Positions 29,380-38,784 of a stretch of 64,000 nt of DNA are shown one piece after another. Numbering within the stretch: the stretch's first letter is position 1; every line of letters begins with the position of its first letter. The translations under genes and the position numbers were made by a program. The DNA is from Armatimonadota bacterium (GTDB taxonomy: Bacteria > Sysuimicrobiota > Sysuimicrobiia > Sysuimicrobiales > Humicultoraceae), in NCBI GenBank assembly GCA_052387355.1, contig JBQTJG010000332.1, positions 1,302 to 65,301 on the forward strand, given 5' to 3'. Below the pieces are notes generated by a model. It was not told the DNA's origin and did no database searches. It saw nothing but the letters and a program-made list of their open reading frames with translations.

Positions 29380-29828
29380 CCGAAGAGCCGCGCCTTCTTC
29401 ATGAGGGCGCGCAGCGTCGTCACTTTTCCCACGTGATAGCCTCGGTGGTAGACGAGGAAGGTCAGCATCTCTCCCACGTTGCGGTACCGGGGTGAATCGA
29501 TGGGCGTGGCCGCATCGACGGTTTCGGCGATCGCCTTGACCGTCTGCTGCGATCGGTTCAGGGCGTCCGTGACCTCGCGCAGGGGTGGGTAGTTTGCCTC
29601 CCCGCCCGTCCCGGCCTTGAACAGATCCTCGTACCCCGAGGGTGTCGCCGAACGGTCGTCGACGCGTCTGGCGAACATCGCATCGACTAGGGCTATGTGC
29701 CCGACCTGCCAGATGATCGGCGTCAGGCCATCCGGCGATCTCCGGGCTTCGTCCTCGGTGAGATCCTCCAGGCACTTGTGCATTCTGGTGTGAGTCGCAT
29801 CGAGTCCGTACAAGAGCGTCTCCCGCAC
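29376..29828 (-). CDS. DinB-family (DinB_2) protein
   Basis: Motifs are IWQVGHIALVD and YHRGYHVGKV. GTG 29828 is preceded by GAGAGGAGAG. The longer track ORF would overlap the upstream SDR gene. Confidence 0.65.
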   Translation of the reverse strand: MRETLLYGLDATHTRMHKCLEDLTEDEARRSPDGLTPIIWQVGHIALVDAMFARRVDDRSATPSGYEDLFKAGTGGEANYPPLREVTDALNRSQQTVKAIAETVDAATPIDSPRYRNVGEMLTFLVYHRGYHVGKVTTLRALMKKARLFG

Positions 29829-29908
29829 AGGCTTCTCTCCTCTCAAAGTTGCAGCGCTGTCCGGCGCTCCCCACTGGAGAACTGGCCCGTTCGTCGGCTC
29901 CGGCAGGC

Positions 29909-30664
29909 TCAGTACGTCGCCCGCCCGCCCGAGATATCGAACACCGCGCCGGTGCTGAACGAGCACTCCTCCGAGCAGAGCCACGCGACCAGGGCGGCAA
30001 CCTCTTCCGGACGTCCTACCCGCCCCACCGGAATGCGGGAAACCATGTACTCCACGTGCTGCGGCGAGACCTGCTTCAGGATGTCCGTTTCAATCACGGC
30101 GGGCGTGACGGCGTTGACCAGGATGCCCTCCCGGGCGACTTCCTTGGCCAGTGCCTTGGTCAGCCCGATCACGCCGGCCTTTGCGGACGAGTAGGGGAGG
30201 GCGTTCGGATTGCCTTCCTTCCCGGCGATCGAGGCGATGTTCACGATGCGGCCATATTTGCGCTGCCGCATGAGGGGCAGGACCGCGCGGCAGCAGTAGA
30301 AGACCCCGGTGAGATCGAGCGTCAGCACCGCGTGCCAGGCGTCGTCGGTCATCTCCCAGGTCGGTACGGACGGCCCGTGAATGCCGGCGTTGTTGACCAG
30401 GATGTCCAGGCCGCCGAGGCGCTCGACGGCGGTCCCGACGCCGGCGTTCACCGACGCGGAATCGGTCACGTCGAGCCGCAGCGCGACCGCGTGATCGCCG
30501 AGACGGTGCGCTTCGGATTGCGCCCGTTCGAGGTCCACGTCCGTTAGCGCCACACGTGCGCCTTCGGCCGCCAGGCGCTGCGCAATGGCCAGCCCGATTC
30601 CCCGCGCGGCACCGGTCACGAGCGCGCATCGTCCTGAGAGCCGCATCGCGCTTGCCGCCGTCAT
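29909..30664 (-). CDS. SDR-family oxidoreductase (FabG-like)
   Basis: Motifs are TGAARGIGLAIA, NNAG and YSSAKAG (YxxxK). Confidence 0.8.
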   Translation of the reverse strand: MTAASAMRLSGRCALVTGAARGIGLAIAQRLAAEGARVALTDVDLERAQSEAHRLGDHAVALRLDVTDSASVNAGVGTAVERLGGLDILVNNAGIHGPSVPTWEMTDDAWHAVLTLDLTGVFYCCRAVLPLMRQRKYGRIVNIASIAGKEGNPNALPYSSAKAGVIGLTKALAKEVAREGILVNAVTPAVIETDILKQVSPQHVEYMVSRIPVGRVGRPEEVAALVAWLCSEECSFSTGAVFDISGGRATY

Positions 30665-30694
30665 GCACGCCTCCCCATACGCTTGCCCAGGAAC

Positions 30695-31171
30695 TCAGAC
30701 GCCCTGCAGCGCGCGGATATACCGGATCTGCCCCGCGTGGTAGATGTCATGCGTCGCCATGCGCATCAGGCGGATCGCCAGCGGCTGGTCCGGGTAGCCC
30801 GTGTAGGTTGGAATCGGACGCGCACACGCGGCCTCGTCAAGCGCCTGGGCACGTCTTTTGATCTGCTCAGTGATCTCGTGAAGCGACCGCACGTCGGCCT
30901 GCCAGGCCGCATCGTCTCCGGAGACTTCCTGCCAGTCAGCCCGCTCGAGGGCCGTTTCGTCCTGCGCCTTCCCCTCCCAGCCATCAAGCAGGCCTCGCTT
31001 CCAGAGGATGACGTGCCGGACGATCTGCCAACTGGAGTGCCGCGCGGGAGATGGTTTCCAGGCTGCCTGGCTGGCGTTGAGTCCCTCCATGGCCATCGAC
31101 AGCGGCGGTTGCCATGTCTCCTTTTCAAAGGTGACCATGAGATGGTCGAGCAACAGTTCCTTGACGGTCAT
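30695..31171 (-). CDS. DinB-family protein
   Basis: Motifs are SWQIVRHVILW and HDIYHAGQIRYI. The start could be 31171 or 31195. Confidence 0.6.
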   Translation of the reverse strand: MTVKELLLDHLMVTFEKETWQPPLSMAMEGLNASQAAWKPSPARHSSWQIVRHVILWKRGLLDGWEGKAQDETALERADWQEVSGDDAAWQADVRSLHEITEQIKRRAQALDEAACARPIPTYTGYPDQPLAIRLMRMATHDIYHAGQIRYIRALQGV

Positions 31172-31298
31172 CCTGGACACCCCGCGTTTCGGCATCGTTG
31201 GAACTGGCGCGCCTTCGACGCTGACTTCTCGCAGGAACACGCCGATCCTGTACCGCGGCGCGGGGAAAAGACGGCGCCGCCGTCGAACGTACGATGTC

Positions 31299-32537
31299 AT
31301 GAGCGCGAAAGACAAACAGGCGATGCCCTACGGGTGGGGGCGGGTCTCGTACGCCCACGAGGATCGACTCCCATGGATGAACCTCCCGTTTCCCGTTGAG
31401 GAGTACCGCGAGCGCCTCGATCGAGTGCGACGCGAGATGGCGCGTGAGGGCCTCGACTGTCTGGTTGTGCTCGGCAACCGAGCCGACAACTCCAACATCC
31501 GCTACCTGACGAACTTCGAGGACTTCTACGGCGGCGAGACGGTGGTTGTCGTGCCGGCCGTCGGCGAGCCCGGGTTCACCACGAACGCCGTCATGCACGG
31601 CGAGCCGATGCACTCGGGCATCCAGGACTGCTGGATGGCGGATGTCCGCTGCGCAGCGGCGCCTCGCACCGTCACGGGGAGCGCGCAACCCGCCACCATG
31701 TTCGATCACGTCGAGGATTTCATCCGAGAGCGGGCCTGCGCGCGCGGCGCGATCGGCCTCACCGGAGAGTTCAACGTCGAGGGGCTCCACGCGTTTCTGG
31801 TCAAGACGTTCCCGCAGGCGACGGTGACGCGCGTCCCGCAGATCCTGCGGGGTCTCCGGGCGATCAAGAGTCCCCGCGAGATCGACGTGATGCGCAAGGC
31901 TGCTCACCTGGCTGATGTGGGGATGCAGGCGGCCATGGACGCGGTGGCCCCCGGCGCCAGCGAGTTCGATCTGGCGGCCGAGGCCAACTACGCGATGTTC
32001 AAGGCCGGCGCCGAGCATCCGGCGTTCGCGATTGCGCTCGCCGCCGGTCCGCGCTCGGGGTTCAAGCACATGGCGCCGACGAACTATCGCGTGCAGGACG
32101 GCGACATCGTATACATCGATGTGGGCGGCCGGTACATGGGCTACTACAGCGACTGCTCGCGGCAGCGCGTCTGCGGCACGCCGGCTCCCGAGCAGCGCCG
32201 GTTCATGGAGACGCAGATTCGCATTGTCGAAGAGGTCACACGTGCCGCACGGCCCGGCGCCGTGATCGGCGGTCTGGCCAACATCGGCATCGCCATCGCC
32301 CGCGACGCGGGGTATGAAGACTATCTGTACTTCCGCGGCCACGGCATCGGATGCGCTACGCATGACCTTCCGTCGTTCGCGCCGGGCAATCCCGCGGCGC
32401 TGCAGGAAAACATGATCTTCGCGTTCGAGCCCATGCTCGTACGCAAGGAGTTTGGGACGGCCTGCTGGGAAGATATGTGGTGGGTGACGTCCACCGGTGT
32501 CGAGCGTCTGAACCGCTGTCCGTTCCGCTGGTGGTAG
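31299..32537 (+). CDS. M24-family metallopeptidase (Xaa-Pro aminopeptidase / creatinase-like)
   Basis: Creatinase-type N-domain followed by the pita-bread fold residues DVGGRYMGYYSDCSR, HGIGCATHD, FAFEP and WEDMWWV. Confidence 0.75.
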   Translation: MSAKDKQAMPYGWGRVSYAHEDRLPWMNLPFPVEEYRERLDRVRREMAREGLDCLVVLGNRADNSNIRYLTNFEDFYGGETVVVVPAVGEPGFTTNAVMHGEPMHSGIQDCWMADVRCAAAPRTVTGSAQPATMFDHVEDFIRERACARGAIGLTGEFNVEGLHAFLVKTFPQATVTRVPQILRGLRAIKSPREIDVMRKAAHLADVGMQAAMDAVAPGASEFDLAAEANYAMFKAGAEHPAFAIALAAGPRSGFKHMAPTNYRVQDGDIVYIDVGGRYMGYYSDCSRQRVCGTPAPEQRRFMETQIRIVEEVTRAARPGAVIGGLANIGIAIARDAGYEDYLYFRGHGIGCATHDLPSFAPGNPAALQENMIFAFEPMLVRKEFGTACWEDMWWVTSTGVERLNRCPFRWW

Positions 32538-32576
32538 CACACTCAATAGATCGTCTCAGATAGGAGGCGCACACGC

Positions 32577-33491
32577 ATGGCGAACGTTGCATTCTTCGGA
32601 CTGGGTACCATGGGCGAACCGATGGCCGGGCACCTGCAGGGGGCCGGCTATCAGGTCGTCGTGGTCCCGCATCGCTCTCGAGAGCCAATCGAGCGCCTCA
32701 AGGCGAAGGGCGCACGCGAAGCCGCGACGCCGGCCGAGGCCGCGGGGCAGACCGAGGTCGCGATCCTGGTCGTGCCGACCGCGGTCGACGTCGAAGATAG
32801 ACTCTTCGGGCCCTCAGGCCTCGCGACGGCGATGCGGCCGGGTTACACCGTGATCGACATGGGCACGAGTAACCCGCCGGACACGCGCCGGCTCGCGGCC
32901 CGGGTCATCTCCCAGGGCGGCCGGTTCCTCGACGCGCCGGTCACCGGCGGCCCAAAGGGCGCGCGCGAGGCGACACTCACGCTCATGGTCGGCGGCGATC
33001 CGGCCACGCTGGAGGCCGTACGGCCGCTGCTCTCCGCAATGGGGAAACTCATCTATCATTTCGGCGATGTGGGCGCCGGCCACACGGCGAAGTGCATCCA
33101 GAACCTGATCGGCATCGTGGCCAACGCCGGCATCGCCGAAGGATTCGTCCTGGCCGCGGCCGCCGGGCTCGACCTCAGCACGTTCTTCCAGATGCTCACC
33201 ACCTCGACGGCCAACAGCCCGGCGTTGCAGTCCGTCGTCCCCAAGGTGTTTGCGCGCGACTTCGACTCGGTCAACTTCCGGCTGGACTGGTCATACAAGG
33301 ACATCAAGCAGGCCACCGCGCTGGCCCGCGAGCTGAAGGTGCCAATGCTCGCATCCAACGGCGCGGTGGAGTTGATGCAGCTCGCGCGGGCCGCGGGCTT
33401 CGGGCATCAGGACAGCACCGCGATTATCCGGGGACTGGAGCAGGCGCTGGGGATCGAGATCCGCGGCGAGGTGAAGAAGGACGGCGCCTGA
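32577..33491 (+). CDS. NAD(P)-dependent oxidoreductase, 3-hydroxyisobutyrate / 6-phosphogluconate dehydrogenase-like
   Basis: N-terminal VAFFGLGTMGEPMAGHL and a mid-protein DAPVTGG motif. Confidence 0.75.
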   Translation: MANVAFFGLGTMGEPMAGHLQGAGYQVVVVPHRSREPIERLKAKGAREAATPAEAAGQTEVAILVVPTAVDVEDRLFGPSGLATAMRPGYTVIDMGTSNPPDTRRLAARVISQGGRFLDAPVTGGPKGAREATLTLMVGGDPATLEAVRPLLSAMGKLIYHFGDVGAGHTAKCIQNLIGIVANAGIAEGFVLAAAAGLDLSTFFQMLTTSTANSPALQSVVPKVFARDFDSVNFRLDWSYKDIKQATALARELKVPMLASNGAVELMQLARAAGFGHQDSTAIIRGLEQALGIEIRGEVKKDGA

Positions 33492-33501
33492 GGTTGCATC
33501 T

Positions 33502-33840
33502 CTATCGCAGGTCCGTGCCGAACGGGTCGATGAGTTCGTAGTGCTCGCGCACCCATTGGGTGAGATGCGTGCCCTGCCGCGCCCTGATCGCGTGGAAGGC
33601 AGGATCGGATTCCTGCCGGGCGCGGATCTGCTCGCGCGCCTCCAGACTCGAGTAGGTACAGCCCCAGATCACGTCGGGCAGACCTTCGGGGCTGATGCCG
33701 GCCTGCGTGCGCGCGGGCACCCAGATCGTGCCGGCCGGCACGCCGAGGTCCACCAGGCGCCGCGAAGCCTCGATCCGCGTCTCGAGTACTTTGTCCCGCA
33801 GTCCAGGTTTCGCGAAGTACCGTTGATGCACGAGGATCAT
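33502..33840 (-). CDS. Hypothetical small protein, possibly a dimeric alpha/beta-barrel (NIPSNAP/ABM-like)
   Basis: 112-aa ORF with GGAGGGGG SD before ATG 33840. No firm motif. The longer track ORF (to 34188) was rejected. Confidence 0.4.
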   Translation of the reverse strand: MILVHQRYFAKPGLRDKVLETRIEASRRLVDLGVPAGTIWVPARTQAGISPEGLPDVIWGCTYSSLEAREQIRARQESDPAFHAIRARQGTHLTQWVREHYELIDPFGTDLR

Positions 33841-33869
33841 GACCCCCTCCAATGTGTCGATCTCGGCGC

Positions 33870-35201
33870 TCATCTTTCGCGATCGACGACGTCGCCGCTG
33901 ACCACACCGCAATAACGGGTTAAGAAGAGCGCGACGGACTCGATACCGCGGCGTAGTTCGTCCACAGGAAGGCACTCGTGGGGGCTGTGAGCGAGATACA
34001 TCGCGCCCGGCCCGAAGTTGATCGCAGGAATCCCACCGGCATTCGTCAGGTGCCGGCCGTCGGTCCCCGCCGACAGGGCCTCGACCCGCGCCGCACCGGT
34101 GCCGAGATCCGCGACAGCCTGAGCCAACGTCGCCACCGCGGGATGTCCAGGATCGGTCACAGCAGGCTCGAAGGCGCCCGGCCGCCATGTGATGTCAGGC
34201 GGATGGTGGCGAAGCCAGGGGTCAGCCATTGTGACTTGTTGCAGCGCGGCTTCGACGACGGGCCGAACGGCTGCCAGTCGCTCCTCGCCGATCAATCCGA
34301 CGCCGTAGTTCACGTCACAGACATCCGGCACCGAGCGGCCGGTCGCGCCCACTGGGCCGCCGCTGAGGCCCATCAGATTCCACACGTGCCCCTCGGGCAG
34401 CGGCGCCCACAACGGATGCATTCGCACCCGTTCCAGTTCGTCGCGCAGATGGTCGAGCGCCTCGACGTACAGCCAGGCCTTTCGGATGGCATTGACCCCT
34501 CGCCAGCCCTCACCGGGATGGGCCCGGCGGCCGACGACGCGCAGGTGCAGCGCCATCGCGCCGCGCGACGCCGGGCAGATGCGCAATCCGGTTGGCTCGC
34601 CGACGATCGCGGCCGTCGCGGTGTACCCTCGACCCACGCACTCCAGGACGCCGGCGCCGCCCCATTCCTCGTCTACGACCGATTGCAGCATCACGCTGCG
34701 CCGCAGGCGGACCCCTGCGTGCCGCAAGACCATCACCGCGCCGAGGAACGTGAAGAGGCAGCCTTTGGCATCGGCCGATCCCAGACCGAAAATCTCACCA
34801 TCGGCGAGCACGGCGCCGAACGGCGGACGCGCCCAGCCGCCAGGGTCCCCCGGCGCCACGGTGTCGGCGTGGCTGTTGAGGATCAGGTGCGCGGAATTGC
34901 CGGTGGCGGGCTCAGCGCTCGGCACCCAGGCGATGACGTTTGGCCGGTCTCGGAACCCCTCGGGTCGTATTGTGTCTTTCAGGCGGGGGAAACGGTCGAC
35001 GAGCGCATCGGCGTCAGGCTCCCAGACCTCGACGCGACATCCCAGTTCACGGAGCTGCCGTGCGAGAGCCCTTTGAAACGCGGCTTCGCCAGCGCTGTCG
35101 CCAACGGATGGGTTCACACTGGGCGTTCGAATCCCCTCGCGCAGCCGCTCGACGACGACGTCGATGACCTCCGCGGTCGCCTGCCGGATCGCGTCGATCA
35201 T
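33870..35201 (-). CDS. M20-family metallopeptidase / deacylase (ArgE/DapE/ACY1-like)
   Basis: Motifs are LREGIRTPSVNPS, LILNSHADTV, GLGSADAKG and VVDEEWGG. ATG 35201 was chosen because it avoids overlap with the upstream ORF. Confidence 0.75.
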   Translation of the reverse strand: MIDAIRQATAEVIDVVVERLREGIRTPSVNPSVGDSAGEAAFQRALARQLRELGCRVEVWEPDADALVDRFPRLKDTIRPEGFRDRPNVIAWVPSAEPATGNSAHLILNSHADTVAPGDPGGWARPPFGAVLADGEIFGLGSADAKGCLFTFLGAVMVLRHAGVRLRRSVMLQSVVDEEWGGAGVLECVGRGYTATAAIVGEPTGLRICPASRGAMALHLRVVGRRAHPGEGWRGVNAIRKAWLYVEALDHLRDELERVRMHPLWAPLPEGHVWNLMGLSGGPVGATGRSVPDVCDVNYGVGLIGEERLAAVRPVVEAALQQVTMADPWLRHHPPDITWRPGAFEPAVTDPGHPAVATLAQAVADLGTGAARVEALSAGTDGRHLTNAGGIPAINFGPGAMYLAHSPHECLPVDELRRGIESVALFLTRYCGVVSGDVVDRER

Positions 35202-35215
35202 CTTGGTGTGAAATG

Positions 35216-35461
35216 TCAGAAGTACGCCAGCAGCCGGCCTGCCGCAATCGTAGCCGTCCATAACGTGAGGGATACGATGGCCGCGACTTTCCCGCCCAGA
35301 GGGGCCGGCCTATGCTGGTTCCAATGCTGGATCGACTTCACGGTTCGTCCATGGAAGAAGAAGGTGTTGAGGATCGCCACCGCGATCAAAGCGAGCTTGA
35401 TGCGAAAGACGGGACTTGTCCCCCAATCTTCGTCATCGGCCATCCCCTCGGCGGCGGGCAA
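35216..35461 (-). CDS. Small hydrophobic ORF; possibly a 2-TM membrane protein or the C-terminal remnant of a larger membrane protein
   Basis: 81 aa with two hydrophobic segments (IKLALIAVAILNTFFF and AAIVSLTLWTATIAAG). Only ~110 nt lie upstream before the divergent gene, so no larger gene fits. Confidence 0.3.
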   Translation of the reverse strand: MPAAEGMADDEDWGTSPVFRIKLALIAVAILNTFFFHGRTVKSIQHWNQHRPAPLGGKVAAIVSLTLWTATIAAGRLLAYF

Positions 35462-35572
35462 TCTAAAGGAAGCGTGCTGCGCCCGCGCAAGAGTTTCACG
35501 CTGACTTCAGGGTATCCAACCTGCAGCAGATGGTCAAGGAGAGCCGGTGTTGGGAACTCTTGTTGTGGCTGG

Positions 35573-36664
35573 ATGTGTAAGATGAATCTCCGCGCAGCCT
35601 TCGGCTTGGCCGGGGTCTTGCTAGGAGTGATCGCGGGCACGGCGCCGGCGGGCGGTATTCCGGCAGAGCCTGCATCTGGAGCACCGCTCTCCCTTAAACG
35701 GAAGAGCGACGCGGTGGGAGGCAAGACGTTCGCGGTGAGGATCGTCACCGTCTCTCTGGCGGAGTATCGCCTGAGAGTTGGTCTGGCGCAGGGACGGGTC
35801 GGAGCTACCGAGCCGCTCGAGTCGATCGCCCGGCGCTACGGCGCCGACGCGGCGATCAACGGGTGCTTCTTCAATGCCTACATCCAGGGTCCAATCAAGG
35901 CACCCTATCATCACATCATCACCCGTGGGCGCCTGGTTCACACTGGCAATACGGGTACGACGCTGGGCTTCGATGCCGCGGGAAGGTACGCGATGGAGCG
36001 CGTGCGCCTCAGTCTGCTTGGAGGCCTCGACGACCGCTGGGTCTATCCGGACAACTGGTACGCATATTTTCTGAACCACCCGATTGAGTCATCGAATGCA
36101 GCCGTGATCTATACTCCGCATTGGGCGGGAGACCGCACGCCCGCCATGGGCCTCAAGGTCGTCGTGCGCGCGGGCGCTGTGGCGGTCGTCGGAGAGGGAG
36201 CGTACCCAGTGCCTTCCAATGGGTACGTCCTCGCCCTCGCCGGCCGGGAGCGCTACCTGGCGGGGCGCTTCCAGATCGGGAGGCGGGTGTCGTATCGGCT
36301 GGTCATCCGGGCCCCACATCCGGAGTTCTGGGAACAGGTTCAAGAAGCGATCGAGTGCGGGCCCCGGCTGCTGCGAGCGGGCGAGGTGAGCGTCGACGCG
36401 CTCGCGGAAGGCTTCTCGCATCCGAAGATCGTGACCCTGTCCAGTCAACGAAGCGCAGTCGGGATGACGCGCAGCGGTATGCTGCTGCTCGTTACGTGCG
36501 CGAACGCGACCATTGTCGAGCTCGCCGGTGTCCTGCGGGCGCTCGGCGCCTATGATGCGATGAACCTCGATGGCGGCGCGTCCAGCGGCCTTTGGGCTCA
36601 AGGCCGGTATGTGGAGGGGCCAGGCCGCGATATCAGCCACGCACTGCTGATCTTCAGGCCGTGA
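35573..36664 (+). CDS. Phosphodiester glycosidase (DUF2233 / NAGPA-like) family protein, secreted
   Basis: Signal-like N-terminus MNLRAAFGLAGVLLGVIAGTAPAGG, plus AAINGCFFN and MNLDGGASSG motifs. The start is 35573 or 35582. Confidence 0.7.
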   Translation: MCKMNLRAAFGLAGVLLGVIAGTAPAGGIPAEPASGAPLSLKRKSDAVGGKTFAVRIVTVSLAEYRLRVGLAQGRVGATEPLESIARRYGADAAINGCFFNAYIQGPIKAPYHHIITRGRLVHTGNTGTTLGFDAAGRYAMERVRLSLLGGLDDRWVYPDNWYAYFLNHPIESSNAAVIYTPHWAGDRTPAMGLKVVVRAGAVAVVGEGAYPVPSNGYVLALAGRERYLAGRFQIGRRVSYRLVIRAPHPEFWEQVQEAIECGPRLLRAGEVSVDALAEGFSHPKIVTLSSQRSAVGMTRSGMLLLVTCANATIVELAGVLRALGAYDAMNLDGGASSGLWAQGRYVEGPGRDISHALLIFRP

Positions 36665-36713
36665 AGCTTCGACATTCCAGTGCGCCGCGCACTGCCGGGG
36701 ATCGGGGATACCC

Positions 36714-37517
36714 TTACGTGGTGGCCGCCTCCCAGGCCCGGATGAATGCCGCCATCGCCGCGACGAAGGCCTCAAACAGTTCCTTCCCCCGCTCGACCGA
36801 GCCCAGCGCAGGATCGCCGTACGTGATGCAGCCGTTCGAGGAGATCTCGTGGACCTCAGGCAGCTTCAGCGTGACGTACCGCAGCAGGCCGGGATCTTGC
36901 CGCACCTGCGCGAGCAGCCGCTCCCGCCAGGGGTCAAGCGTCATGACCGGCTTCTGGATATGCTCGCGGCGCACCAGCGCCGTCTGCTGGTAGAGCATCG
37001 ACGACGTCTCGCCGATCCCGGCGTGGATATCGAGTTTGTCGATCTCCGCGGTCAGATAGATTTTCCGCAGTTCGGCGATGCCGAAGAGCATGGCCGAAGC
37101 GGTCGTTTCCTTCGTGATGCGGTAGACCGCATACGACAGCGTCGCCTCGTTTCCCCCATGGCCGTTGCTCAGCAGGATGCGGCGGAACCCATGGTGCGCC
37201 AGCGATGCTGCGGTCTCTATGACGACCCGGATGAAGGTATCTTCGGTGAGCGTCATGGTTCCGGGGAAGGCCATATGGTGCGCCGACAACCCCGGGAACA
37301 GCACCGGCGCGCACAGCGCCTCAGACACGCGCGCCGCCGCCCTCGCCACGGCGATCGCCCCGAAGGTATCGGTGCCAAGCGGCAGGGCGGGCCCGTGCTG
37401 CTCGACGGCACCGAAGGGGATGATGATGGTCGTGGACGTGCGGAGGTGATCCTTCACCTCCGGCCAGGTCAGGTGAGGAAGATAGTGAGGATCCTTGGGT
37501 TCGTGGAGTTGGACCAT
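36714..37517 (-). CDS. Creatininase (creatinine amidohydrolase / MftE-like) family protein
   Basis: Motifs are IIIPFGAVEQHGPALPLGTD and LLSNGHGGN. Confidence 0.8.
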   Translation of the reverse strand: MVQLHEPKDPHYLPHLTWPEVKDHLRTSTTIIIPFGAVEQHGPALPLGTDTFGAIAVARAAARVSEALCAPVLFPGLSAHHMAFPGTMTLTEDTFIRVVIETAASLAHHGFRRILLSNGHGGNEATLSYAVYRITKETTASAMLFGIAELRKIYLTAEIDKLDIHAGIGETSSMLYQQTALVRREHIQKPVMTLDPWRERLLAQVRQDPGLLRYVTLKLPEVHEISSNGCITYGDPALGSVERGKELFEAFVAAMAAFIRAWEAATT

Positions 37518-37621
37518 GAAGCTTCCTGTTCTTCCTGCCGCACCAGGAACCCCCTTCTGCCCGTTGTCCAGGCGGTATAAGGATCCAGAAAAAAGGGTAT
37601 GATCAGTGGTAGGAGTCTCAC

Positions 37622-37798
37622 GTGATCGCGCAAGTCCTCGCTTCTCTTGGCCTACTCCTGGCGGTGGTTGTGATCCTGGCCAGCGCTTTCATTGTGTACG
37701 CGACCGTGCGCTGGATTCTCAGGGAACGAGCACGCCGCCAGTCTGCTCCTTCTCCGAGTCACCAGGACCGCGGTAAGGGCAGCCAACATGATGTATGA
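37622..37798 (+). CDS. Small single-pass membrane protein (58 aa); not in the supplied ORF track
   Basis: GTG 37622 lies 6 nt after AGGAG. The protein reads VIAQVLASLGLLLAVVVILASAFIVYATV, then a basic RWILRERARRQ tail. Stop is TGA 37796-37798. The locus sits in a locally less GC-rich gap. Confidence 0.4.
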   Translation: MIAQVLASLGLLLAVVVILASAFIVYATVRWILRERARRQSAPSPSHQDRGKGSQHDV

Positions 37799-37833
37799 CC
37801 AGGAAGATCGTGGAGGGTCGCGTGAATCCTAAA

Positions 37834-38625
37834 TTAGGAGCGGACGACTTTCATCCGCCCGGCAAGCCCTTCTTTAATCTTCCCGAAGGTCGCTGCCGCG
37901 GCCCCAGAAAGCAGCCGCGCGTCGCTGCCCGCCGACACGAATCGGAAACCTTGATCGATACGCTGCAGGACCTCATCGGCGCTGCTTGCCATATACCCCG
38001 CGGCGATGCCGTGTCGCTGTGTTGCTTTGAGGATGCGGTCAACAGCCTCGATGTACTCCGGTTGATCGAACTGCCGGAAGAGGTTCAGGTTCGCTGAGAG
38101 GTCGTTCGGACCGATAAAGAGCACATCGACCCCCGGAACGGCCGCGATCGCGTCGACATTCTCAAGCGCCTCGGCCGTCTCGATCTGACAGATCACCAGC
38201 ACCTGGCTGTTCCACGTCGCGAAGTACTTCTCAAGATCAGCCCCGTACCGGTTGATCCGACTGCCGGCGACCCCCCGAGTCCCCCGCGGAGGGTACATGG
38301 CGCCCGACACGGCCGCCTGCGCCTCCTCAACGGTATTAACGAGAGGAACGATCACGCCATAGGCGCCGCGATCGAGCGCCTGCTTGATGAGCCCCTGATC
38401 GTTGGCCGTGACCCTGACCAATGGCACGACGTCGGTGCCCTTCATGGCGCGGAGGAGATCCTCGACCCGCTCGCCCTGTGTCGGGCCGTGCTCGGTGTCG
38501 ATGAGCAGCCAATCTGGCTGGAAGGACGCCAGGAGTTCGACGACGGAGGGCGACGGCAGGCTCACCCATTGGCCGACGGCGGGCAGGCCCTGCTTGAGAC
38601 GGTGCTTGACAAGATTGTCGAACAT
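37834..38625 (-). CDS. HpcH/HpaI-family aldolase (2,4-dihydroxyhept-2-enedioate aldolase-like)
   Basis: Starts MFDNLVKHRLKQGLPAVGQWVS, then LLIDTEHG, VRV and QIET. ATG 38625 is preferred over GTG 38637 on SD spacing. Confidence 0.75.
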   Translation of the reverse strand: MFDNLVKHRLKQGLPAVGQWVSLPSPSVVELLASFQPDWLLIDTEHGPTQGERVEDLLRAMKGTDVVPLVRVTANDQGLIKQALDRGAYGVIVPLVNTVEEAQAAVSGAMYPPRGTRGVAGSRINRYGADLEKYFATWNSQVLVICQIETAEALENVDAIAAVPGVDVLFIGPNDLSANLNLFRQFDQPEYIEAVDRILKATQRHGIAAGYMASSADEVLQRIDQGFRFVSAGSDARLLSGAAAATFGKIKEGLAGRMKVVRS

Positions 38626-38784
38626 GAATGGCCGCACCTCCGGCGGGCGGGACTCTCACGATGGACGCGCTCGGGAAGCCTCGCAGAAGAGTACTACCCC
38701 GTTGCCGGCGACGATCCCTCTTAGCCCGGGTGGCGCTTCTGTGACGCGCAGGCCGGACGCCGTGACTGTCGAACATGCCCGACG

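Noticed and set aside
36665-36713. CAGTGC-gccgc-GCACTG hairpin between convergent genes, considered as a bidirectional terminator.
   Set aside because: The stem is only 6 bp and has no flanking U-tract on either strand. This is too weak to call.
36714-37517. Creatininase-family proteins as MftE of a mycofactocin system.
   Set aside because: No radical-SAM (MftC), MftB or short precursor-peptide genes are visible near either paralog.
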